Source: Anaerolineaceae bacterium
Lineage (GTDB): Bacteria; Chloroflexota; Anaerolineae; Anaerolineales; Anaerolineaceae
Assembly (NCBI GenBank): GCA_003524305.1
Contig: DQHW01000029.1
Coordinates: forward strand, 4,913-68,912
Length of the DNA stretch: 64,000 bases
Direction of reading: 5' to 3'
Of the stretch, positions 8,647-16,368 are shown one piece after another. Numbering within the stretch: the first letter of the stretch is position 1; each line of letters opens with the position of its first letter. A program made the translations under genes and the position numbers. The notes below the pieces were generated by a model. That model was given only the letters and a program-made list of their open reading frames with translations, did no database searches and was not told the origin of the DNA.

Positions 8647-10482
8647 TTACATTCCCAAGCCTTTTTTCAGGCTTCCGCCTTTGAAGCGGCTAATAATGAA
8701 GTTGCCGATCAAGACCAAAACGATCAAAACGATAATGACAGCGTTTGCCTGCTGTTCATTTCCATTTTCGATATAACGCATGGTCATACTTGCCAATACA
8801 GCCGTTGTAGGTGTAACCAGCAAGATAATCAGGGATAACTCTCTCATCGTGGTGATGAAGGTCATCAAGAATCCAGAGACAAAACCTGTGCTGGTCAATG
8901 GAAAGATGATCCTTTTGAAGCGCTGCCATGGAGAAGCGCCGGCGATCGCAGCCGCTTCTTCAAGTTCCTTACTCACTTGCAGCATGGCTGAAACACCACT
9001 GCGCGAAGAGTAAGGGATATGTTTGGCAACTGAAACAACCACCAAAAGGGCGAATGTGCCATAAAGAGCGGGGATTGGACCAACCGGTTTGGTAAACATC
9101 GAAATATAGACCGCACCAAATGCAATACCTGGAATCACATATGGGATGAACGCCAGTTGTTCAACAAATTTCGATAGACGTGTTCCCCTGCCTTTGACAA
9201 TGGCATATCCGAGGATGATTCCAAAGAAGGCAGTGAACAAAGCGGTAAACAAGGAAAGTTTTATGGAGTTCCATGCCCCCAGGTAGATTCTTGGGTTTAG
9301 AAGAACTCCTGGCTCACCGCTGTTTATCGAAATATCACCTTTTCCAATCCAATGCGCAAGGGTGAAATTACTCATACTGTAATCACCCGTACGCAGCATG
9401 AAAGTACTCCAGATCAATAGGGTAAGCGGAAGCACTGCAATGATGAATTGAAAAACAACTATGATCGCAGTGAATAATCCCTTGAAGTTACGAAGTTTCA
9501 TTTTTTGGGCCATAAATCCGCGGCCGCCAATGGTTTCATAACTTTTTCGCGTGCCCACAAGTTTTTGGTTGATCATGACGGTGACCATGGCAAAAAGAAT
9601 CAACACGATGGCCAAAACAAATCCGTCGCCATAATTGCCTATACCTGTGTTGGATCTCAACATGGTCGAAAGGGTATAGTATTGCACTGGAACACCCAAC
9701 ACATTCGGTCCACCGAAGGTGCCCATGGTTTTTGAGAAGGTCATGATAAAACCGGATGCAATCGCCGGCACAACCAATGGAAAGGTGATCTTGCGCATGA
9801 TCCGCCATCGGCCCGCACCTGACAACTCACCTGCTTCTTCGAGTGAACTGTCAATAGAAAGCAAAGCTGCCGCCACAAACAGGAAGAAGAAAGTGTAATA
9901 GTGCAGGGCGCTGCTAATGATGATCGGCACAGGACCGTAAGCCAGCCAATCAGGGGTGGGCTGGTTGGTTATAAACTCCAGCAAACCCGGTGTACCTCCC
10001 GATTTGGCATTTTTAAACAACACCTTCCATGCCATGGCGATTGTCCATGAAGGCATAATGTAAGGGACAGTGGCCAATGTGTTAATGATGCCTTTTCCAG
10101 GAACATCAGTGCGCACCACCAACCAGGCCATTAATCCGCCAATTGCCAACGAAAGCAAAGTGGCACCTAACGAAATGGTGAGCGAGTGCAACAGAGGCTC
10201 ATATGTCATGATCACGGCGATTTTGCTGGTAAGCATCCTCAGCCAGTGATACCAGGTGATGTCTCCGATATTTGCATCTTTAAGGACACGCAAATCACTA
10301 TCTGAAACTGTGATGGTTGTGACTACCATTCTGTAAAGCGGAATGATCACCATGTAGAACATCACGACAAGCATGATGAGCGACAAAATTACTTGTGGTC
10401 TTGAGATCCACCTTGAAAATCTTCGCAGATAGGCCAGGAACTTCTCTGCTTTTGTTTGATGGTCGAACGTACTAGCAGCCAT
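8647..10482 (-). CDS. ABC transporter permease, fused two-module (FbpB/AfuB-like)
   Basis: 611 aa and polytopic. Two EAA loops are present (LEEAGELSGAGRWRIMRKITFPL and LEEAAAIAGASPWQRFKRIIFPL), as in the fused permeases of the iron / sugar-phosphate ABC class. Confidence 0.8.
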   Translation of the reverse strand: MAASTFDHQTKAEKFLAYLRRFSRWISRPQVILSLIMLVVMFYMVIIPLYRMVVTTITVSDSDLRVLKDANIGDITWYHWLRMLTSKIAVIMTYEPLLHSLTISLGATLLSLAIGGLMAWLVVRTDVPGKGIINTLATVPYIMPSWTIAMAWKVLFKNAKSGGTPGLLEFITNQPTPDWLAYGPVPIIISSALHYYTFFFLFVAAALLSIDSSLEEAGELSGAGRWRIMRKITFPLVVPAIASGFIMTFSKTMGTFGGPNVLGVPVQYYTLSTMLRSNTGIGNYGDGFVLAIVLILFAMVTVMINQKLVGTRKSYETIGGRGFMAQKMKLRNFKGLFTAIIVVFQFIIAVLPLTLLIWSTFMLRTGDYSMSNFTLAHWIGKGDISINSGEPGVLLNPRIYLGAWNSIKLSLFTALFTAFFGIILGYAIVKGRGTRLSKFVEQLAFIPYVIPGIAFGAVYISMFTKPVGPIPALYGTFALLVVVSVAKHIPYSSRSGVSAMLQVSKELEEAAAIAGASPWQRFKRIIFPLTSTGFVSGFLMTFITTMRELSLIILLVTPTTAVLASMTMRYIENGNEQQANAVIIVLIVLVLIGNFIISRFKGGSLKKGLGM

Positions 10483-10607
10483 TCATTTTCTCCTATTCAA
10501 AGCAAATTACCAGCTTCGGATCACGTTCAACAAAATGACTTACAGAAAAACAATCCTTTTCTAACTACCTTTTATCTTGAAAATCCTCCTAAACAAAGTT
10601 TTGTAAC

Positions 10608-11492
10608 TCAGAGTTCCTCGGCATTAAATATTTTCAAACGTTCTCGTAAAGAATCCAATTTATCCAATGCGGGCAAAATCGTTTCTGGTTGTTGATCAGC
10701 CACAGACAGCAACAACGCATTGATAATGGTCATTGGCACAACCATGGAATGAAATTCAGAAACGGGACCGCGCTTTGCAGAAAGCACAACCCCAGCTTTA
10801 TCACCAATGAGCGTGTCTAAGGTGTCAGTGATCAGAATTATTTTGCAGCCAATTTCGCGAGCATAATCCAGCACGAGTTTCAAGGTGGGGTTAAGATTGT
10901 AGAAACAAATTACAAACAGAACGTCTTCAGGCGAAAGTGTGAGGAGTGAATCAAGTACTTCACGACCTGAGCTTTTAAGTGGGATCACCGCCTTGCCAAA
11001 ACGGCTCAACCTGATTTGCATTAGATCGACGAGCGTGATCGAAGGACCGGTTCCGAAAACAAAGAATCGGTTGTTTTCCATGGTTATTTTGACCGCTTGA
11101 TCGAACTGTTGCCGATCGACTGACTCTAATGCCTGGGTAAGATAATCAATTTCCATCATGGTCAGGCGTTCAAAAATATCACCTTTTTCAGGTACTTCTT
11201 TTAACCGTGAAAGGATTCTTGACGAGTGCGTCAACCTGGTTTTGAACGCAGCTTGAAACGATGCGCGAAGTGCAGGATAGGAGGGGTATCCTAAAGTGCG
11301 TGCAAACCGAACTACCGTCGCTTCGCTAATATCTAAATCTTCTGCGATTTCACTGGCAGAAAGGAAAGCCGCATCGTTTTGATTATTTCGCAAGAAATTA
11401 GCGATTTGTTTTTCACTCTTTGTCAGGGTGTCAAAATAATTGCTGACTTGTTGGTTGAAATCCAATTTAGGCATTGTCTCTTCAGAAGTCAT
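10608..11492 (-). CDS. RpiR/MurR-family transcriptional regulator (HTH_6 + SIS phosphosugar-binding domain)
   Basis: 294 aa. The N-terminal SEKQIANFL...SEIAEDLDISEATVVRFARTLGY is an RpiR HTH. The C-terminal FVFGTGPS...ILITD is SIS-like. Confidence 0.8.
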   Translation of the reverse strand: MTSEETMPKLDFNQQVSNYFDTLTKSEKQIANFLRNNQNDAAFLSASEIAEDLDISEATVVRFARTLGYPSYPALRASFQAAFKTRLTHSSRILSRLKEVPEKGDIFERLTMMEIDYLTQALESVDRQQFDQAVKITMENNRFFVFGTGPSITLVDLMQIRLSRFGKAVIPLKSSGREVLDSLLTLSPEDVLFVICFYNLNPTLKLVLDYAREIGCKIILITDTLDTLIGDKAGVVLSAKRGPVSEFHSMVVPMTIINALLLSVADQQPETILPALDKLDSLRERLKIFNAEEL

Positions 11493-11529
11493 ATTTTCTC
11501 CGATCAGGTTTTTGATTTAACAAATACCT

Positions 11530-12735
11530 TTAAGCGCCGTATTTGGCAAGTCGAAATGCATTCGCCAGGGCAATTGGCATTACTTCTTTGGCTGGTAGAA
11601 TACCCAGGCTGCCTTTTAAGCAATTTCGTTCTCCAAAACTTGAAATTCCATCAGGTCGCACATAATTTGAGAACAACAGGGTGGGCACTGGATGCCACGA
11701 ATGAAACTTCAACGCCGCAGGTGAGGAATGATCTCCGCTGACAATGACCACATCAGGATTCAAGGCTGTCAACCTCGGAATCAAAGCATCTACTTCTTCA
11801 ATCACTTTTACCTTGCGGTCGAAATCGCCGTCTTCGCCGGCAGTATCCGTTTGTTTGACGTGTATATAGAAGAAATCGAAGTTCTGCCAGTTTTGTTCTA
11901 GAGCAGCAAATTCATCTTCGATTGATGTGCCTTGAAATTGAATAATTTCCATGCCAATCAGGCGTGAGACGCCCTTATACATTCCATTTACTGCAATGGC
12001 TGCCGGGTTAAGTTTAAAGATTTCTTGATAAGTTGGGATGACTGGTAACTTGTCGAAACCGCGTAACAAGATGCCGTTGGCATGTTTTTCACCGGCAAGG
12101 GCATTTGTAGCTTTGTTGATAAATTGATTAACGATTTCAGCCGTACGGATTGAAGCATCATCCATCCCTTGAGTTAACAGAGGTTTGACGCCGTTTTTTT
12201 GTGGGTCCGTTTCGCTGACATTGGCGCCCAAACCAGCACCTCTGATCACGAAGGCAAAACGGTGTTCTTTTACCGGTTCCACGAAAAATTCAACACCATC
12301 CATCTTAATCGTATTGAGAATTGCAGCAATTTTCTTGGCTTCAATGGTTGCCAATCTACCTGCACGTCGATCTACGAGTACACCTTTATCATCCAGCAGG
12401 CAGAAATTTCCTCTTGCCGCGATATCGTCTGGGCGGAGATCGAAATCAACGCCTAAAGCTTCCAATGCGCCGCGGCCAATCTCATGTTGAATGGGGTCGT
12501 AGCCGAAAATTCCCAGGTGGCCTGGACCGCTGCCGGGGGTGATTCCATAGGCAGCAGGAACAGTCAAACCAAGAGCTGAGAGAGAGGCAAGCTTATCAAG
12601 GTTGGGGGTATTGGCTGTTTCCAATTCGGTCAATCCGCCTGGCTGCATGGGCAATCCTCCAAGCCCGTCAAGGATGAGCATGACGATCTTGGTTTTTGCC
12701 GGTATGGTCATTCGACGTAAGAAGTCTAAATCCAT
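11530..12735 (-). CDS. ApgM-type (archaeal-form) cofactor-independent phosphoglycerate-mutase-family protein, alkaline-phosphatase superfamily
   Basis: 401 aa. Motifs: VMLILDGLGG, TPGSGPGHLGIFGYDP, VSGDHSSP, HSWHPVP. This is the metal-ligand and nucleophile pattern of the COG3635 family. The substrate is not inferable from sequence. Confidence 0.7.
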   Translation of the reverse strand: MDLDFLRRMTIPAKTKIVMLILDGLGGLPMQPGGLTELETANTPNLDKLASLSALGLTVPAAYGITPGSGPGHLGIFGYDPIQHEIGRGALEALGVDFDLRPDDIAARGNFCLLDDKGVLVDRRAGRLATIEAKKIAAILNTIKMDGVEFFVEPVKEHRFAFVIRGAGLGANVSETDPQKNGVKPLLTQGMDDASIRTAEIVNQFINKATNALAGEKHANGILLRGFDKLPVIPTYQEIFKLNPAAIAVNGMYKGVSRLIGMEIIQFQGTSIEDEFAALEQNWQNFDFFYIHVKQTDTAGEDGDFDRKVKVIEEVDALIPRLTALNPDVVIVSGDHSSPAALKFHSWHPVPTLLFSNYVRPDGISSFGERNCLKGSLGILPAKEVMPIALANAFRLAKYGA

Positions 12736-12756
12736 AAGTCCTCAGTAATTACCGTA

Positions 12757-14343
12757 TTATTTAATAAAACTGGGTCTGCCTTTACCAAAAACAAATGCGA
12801 TGTAGGCTTTCTGAGTCTTTGAATAATTTCCATCACGATCAAGTGCGATGCCTCGCCCGATTCCCGACACAATTTGACCAATGCCAATTTCATTGACCTT
12901 TTCGTCCATCATTTCAAGCAAGGAGGGGGCGCTGCCGGGCTCGGTGCTTCTGCCGTCAAAGATCATGTGAAGGCATACATCTTCAAGTCCGCGTTCTTTT
13001 GCCATTTTTAGAACCGCCAATGGGTAATCAATCGAACCATGAGAACTTTTGATGGTCATCAAACCGATGAGATGAAGTTTGCTTTTATTATTAATGGCGT
13101 GATCTATGGCTTGAAGAATGGTTGGGTTGGAATAGAAACTGCCATCTTTCATGGCTGCATCCAAGCGTACATCATCCTGCAAAACAACGCGGCCGGCGCC
13201 GATATTCATGTGTCCGGCTTCTGAATTGCCGGCTTTTCCTGCTTTCAAACCAACGGCTTCACCCGAGGCTTCAAGCGTGCTTTTTGCTTGAGTGGCTAAT
13301 AATTGATCCCAATAGGGAGTTTTGGCCAAATAGATGGGGTTTGTTTCATCTTTTTTTCCTATGCCCCATCCATCCAGAATGATCAACAGGACTTTACGAT
13401 TTTCCCCAAAGTGATGATCAAGGGCTAGATTGCTGCCAGTCATGGTTGGAGGTTGGTTAAGCCCCATGGCTTTTAGAATTGTCGGGGCGATATCACCAAG
13501 TTTTCCATTTTTCAAAGAAATCGGTGAAGTAGTGTCGGGATCAAGCAGAATGAAATCCACAAGGTTGGTGGTGTGCGAGACATTCGGGGTGCCGTCTTCA
13601 TTAAATAGCTCTTCAAGATTGCCGTGATCTGCCGTGATGAGAATGACATACCCTGCATCTTTGGCAGCTTCAACTACTTTGCTCAGATTACGATCGACAA
13701 CCTCAGCGCATTTGATTTTTGCTTCGCGATTCGAGGTGTGGCCGATCACGTCTCCATTGGCAAAATTGGTGACAATCAGGTGATCTTTTTGTTCAATTCG
13801 CTCGATGACCTTATCCGCAACTTCATCCAGTTTTAACTCGGGCACCTTGTCATAAGAGATGCCTTTGGGTGAAGGAACACGGATATCCATTTCACCAGGG
13901 TAAGGGGCATTGTTACCGCCATTTAAGAAGAAGGTCACATGGGCAAATTTTTCTGATTCAGAGATTCGAGCCTGGTTCAACCCTGCTTTGCTGACCACTT
14001 CACCAAGTGTTTCTTGCATTTTGACTGGTGCAAAAGCAACTGGCAGGTCTTTAAATTTATCGTGATATAAAGTCAAAATGACAAACGGAAGGTTTTTAAA
14101 AGGAATTTTCTCAAATTGATTGAAATTTGGTTCGGTGAAGGCTTCTGTAAGTTGAATTTCTCGTTCGCCTCTGCGGCAGCAAAAGATGACGGCATCGTTC
14201 TCTTGGATTTCTCCAATGGCATTACCCTGGTTATCAACCAAGACAACAGGTTCAAAAGAATAGTCTGTCTGTCCTTCAGAATACATTTCTCTGACGGTAC
14301 CAGCCAGAACACTTCCGCTATTTTTAATCCGATGTAAGACCAT
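12757..14343 (-). CDS. Circularly permuted GpmI (iPGM)-like phosphomutase
   Basis: 528 aa. Residues 1-306 align to the C-terminal half of canonical GpmI: IFCCRRGEREI ~ NFRADRAREI, SESEKFAHVTFFLNGG, NGDVIGHT, ITADHGN, SHTTNLV, GKLGDIAPTIL, MTGSNL. Residues 317-528 align to the canonical N-terminal half: VLLIILDGWG, AGNSEAGHMNIGAGR, HLIGLMT, FDGRST, IGRGIALDRD. Confidence 0.8.
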   Translation of the reverse strand: MVLHRIKNSGSVLAGTVREMYSEGQTDYSFEPVVLVDNQGNAIGEIQENDAVIFCCRRGEREIQLTEAFTEPNFNQFEKIPFKNLPFVILTLYHDKFKDLPVAFAPVKMQETLGEVVSKAGLNQARISESEKFAHVTFFLNGGNNAPYPGEMDIRVPSPKGISYDKVPELKLDEVADKVIERIEQKDHLIVTNFANGDVIGHTSNREAKIKCAEVVDRNLSKVVEAAKDAGYVILITADHGNLEELFNEDGTPNVSHTTNLVDFILLDPDTTSPISLKNGKLGDIAPTILKAMGLNQPPTMTGSNLALDHHFGENRKVLLIILDGWGIGKKDETNPIYLAKTPYWDQLLATQAKSTLEASGEAVGLKAGKAGNSEAGHMNIGAGRVVLQDDVRLDAAMKDGSFYSNPTILQAIDHAINNKSKLHLIGLMTIKSSHGSIDYPLAVLKMAKERGLEDVCLHMIFDGRSTEPGSAPSLLEMMDEKVNEIGIGQIVSGIGRGIALDRDGNYSKTQKAYIAFVFGKGRPSFIK

Positions 14344-14364
14344 TGAAACTCCGTTGTTTACAAT

Positions 14365-15117
14365 CTAGGCAGCTATTGGCGGAAAAATAGAAAGGAGATC
14401 GGTAAGGCGCTCAATCACCATGTCTGGTGTTTGTTCCGGGGTTAGCTCCATCTCTTTATCTTTTTTATCAGGCATGATGATGATCATGCCAAAACCGGCA
14501 TTGCGGGTGCCTTCAACATCACGGGCAAAGTTGTCACCTACATATACACATTCTTCAGGGGTAACTTCAGCCCGGTTTGCTGCTTCAAGATAGATGGCTG
14601 CATCAGGTTTACGTATTCCAAAAACGGAAGAAAGCATCACGGATTTGAAGTACTTAGCCAGACCGTCTTCTTCCAGCCATTCGGGGATCTCACGTTCAGT
14701 GATCACGTTGCTTATGATTCCCAAAACATAACCGCGTTTATAGAGCTCGATGATGGTTTCAGCCCCGCCTTCAGCAACGACGCGTCTTCCCATGGATTGT
14801 CGAAACTGAAAAGTGAGCGGCGCTGACAAAGACGCTATTGTTTCAGCGGGATAATCGGGCAAAAGCCAGCGCGTCCACAGTTCTTTTTCTGAGGCTTCAC
14901 GCATGTTGTCAAAAGCCCATTTGCGATAAATCTTATAACGGCGGTCCAGTTCAGCAACAAAACTGTCGGGATCTTCTTGGGTGCCAACGAGTTTGGCAAT
15001 TTCGAGTCGTGCAGCCGCCCGGTGCGGCTCTTCTTTAAGAAGAATGCGCAGGGTGTTGCCCACATCCAGAAAAATGGCTTTCATGTTGGCGATATTTACC
15101 GAATTGACAGCATCCAT
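14365..15117 (-). CDS. HAD-IA family hydrolase
   Basis: 250 aa. Motifs: FLDVGNTL, IISNV, IRKPDA, VGDNFARD. The start could instead be the internal Met at 15084. Confidence 0.75.
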   Translation of the reverse strand: MDAVNSVNIANMKAIFLDVGNTLRILLKEEPHRAAARLEIAKLVGTQEDPDSFVAELDRRYKIYRKWAFDNMREASEKELWTRWLLPDYPAETIASLSAPLTFQFRQSMGRRVVAEGGAETIIELYKRGYVLGIISNVITEREIPEWLEEDGLAKYFKSVMLSSVFGIRKPDAAIYLEAANRAEVTPEECVYVGDNFARDVEGTRNAGFGMIIIMPDKKDKEMELTPEQTPDMVIERLTDLLSIFPPIAA

Positions 15118-15122
15118 TTTGA

Positions 15123-15854
15123 TTAATTCCTGGCTGGAAAGATATCCAGCAGTTGAGAAATTTCCGTGATGTGATAATCAATAACAAAATCACTGGATTG
15201 AGGTTCTTTTTCGAGGGTTTTTGGCTCGTCAATAACGATCATCATGCCATAACCGGCGACCTGGGTGCCTTCGACGTCGCGGATGGGGTTGTCGCCTACA
15301 TAGGCGCAATTGACCGGCTCAACGCCAATTTCTCTGGATGCCAGCCAATAGATTTCAGGGTCTGGTTTGCGCAGGCCGACTTTAGATGAGAGGACGACAG
15401 GGTTGAAGATGCCAGTTAATCCATCAGATTCAATCCAGTCGGGGATTTCGGTTTCAGTAATAGTGTTGGCAATGATGCCGATCTTGTAACCGCGTTTGTG
15501 CAGTTCAAGGATGGTTGCCTTCACATCGTGACGTGGCACGCGGATGCCGTCGTGATCTCTCCAAAGGCGGGTGAGTTTTCCGGCCAGGGGGGCAATTTTT
15601 TCAACAGGGTATCCCGGTAGAAGGTGAATCGACCAAAGATCTTTTTCGGAGGATTCTTTCAATGATTTTTTTGATGCTTTACGATAAGTCTTCCAGCGTT
15701 CTTCCAAACCGGCAAAGAAAACTTCTTCAGATTCGGTTGTGCCAACTAATGTCATCAAGTCTTGTTTGGCTCTTGCTTGAAACTCAGGATCTTCCAAGAC
15801 GATGCGCAGCGTGTTGCCAACATCCAGGAAAATGGCTTCGATATTAGGATTCAT
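15123..15854 (-). CDS. HAD-IA family hydrolase (paralog of 14365-15117)
   Basis: Motifs: FLDVGNTL, IIANT, LRKPDP, VGDNPIRD. I prefer ATG at 15854, preceded by AAGGGA, over the track start at 15899. Confidence 0.75.
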   Translation of the reverse strand: MNPNIEAIFLDVGNTLRIVLEDPEFQARAKQDLMTLVGTTESEEVFFAGLEERWKTYRKASKKSLKESSEKDLWSIHLLPGYPVEKIAPLAGKLTRLWRDHDGIRVPRHDVKATILELHKRGYKIGIIANTITETEIPDWIESDGLTGIFNPVVLSSKVGLRKPDPEIYWLASREIGVEPVNCAYVGDNPIRDVEGTQVAGYGMMIVIDEPKTLEKEPQSSDFVIDYHITEISQLLDIFPARN

Positions 15855-15962
15855 GGAATTTCCCTTTCGATCTGTAGAATGGACAGTCAAGAAAAACACT
15901 GAGAATAAATGACGAATTCAATTGCAAAAATAAAAAATGTGAATTTGTGCTTACAAATGTAG

Positions 15963-15991
15963 ATATTACAACATTTTTCAGAAATATGCAA
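15963..15991 (-). promoter_or_regulatory. Sigma70-like promoter for the minus-strand HAD/mutase/ABC array: TTGCAT-17 nt-TAATAT
   Basis: On the minus strand, TTGCAT lies at 15991-15986 and TAATAT at 15968-15963, with a 17-nt spacer. The same hexamers and spacing recur upstream of the paralogous module at 34105-34133. An inverted repeat ATTTGTgcttACAAAT lies just downstream at 15943-15958. Confidence 0.5.
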
Positions 15992-16010
15992 GTATTCTTG
16001 CAAAAAGGTA

Positions 16011-16058
16011 TTGACTTTCTTTTTTTTGTTTGCTATATTGTTGATGCACACGTGTGCA
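16011..16058 (+). promoter_or_regulatory. Promoter (TTGACT-17-TATATT) plus 14-bp perfect palindrome TGCACACGTGTGCA, a candidate LacI-family operator
   Basis: TTGACT at 16011-16016, TATATT at 16034-16039, palindrome at 16045-16058. Nearly identical to the module at 18767-18812. Confidence 0.6.
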
Positions 16059-16368
16059 ACATCTGTTTGCCCGTTTTTTTGTTCTGAAAGAAAAAAAATA
16101 GCAACTCCAAAATTCGTATCTGAGTAGGAGATACGAAGTGTATTTTTGCTCGTTAAATCCGGATTGATTGACAAGAATGCCTTGTAATCTCAGATTCATA
16201 AGTAATGTGTCGGAAAAGTAGTTTTTTCAATGTGAATCAGCTTCGAGCTGAGTCGTTCTTTTTCGACTGAACTTTTTTGCATGGTTTTTACCCAATATCC
16301 TGATCGCCCAGATCAGTGATTGGGAGAAATGATCGGAACATCTTCAAACATTTTCTTTAGGAGGAGTA

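Noticed and set aside
15887-16199. Two minus-strand ORFs (95 and 73 aa) lie in the intergenic region between the HAD operon and hppA.
   Set aside because: The sequence is AT-rich and low in complexity. It overlaps two predicted promoters and the palindromic operator. It has no RBS and no recognisable motifs.
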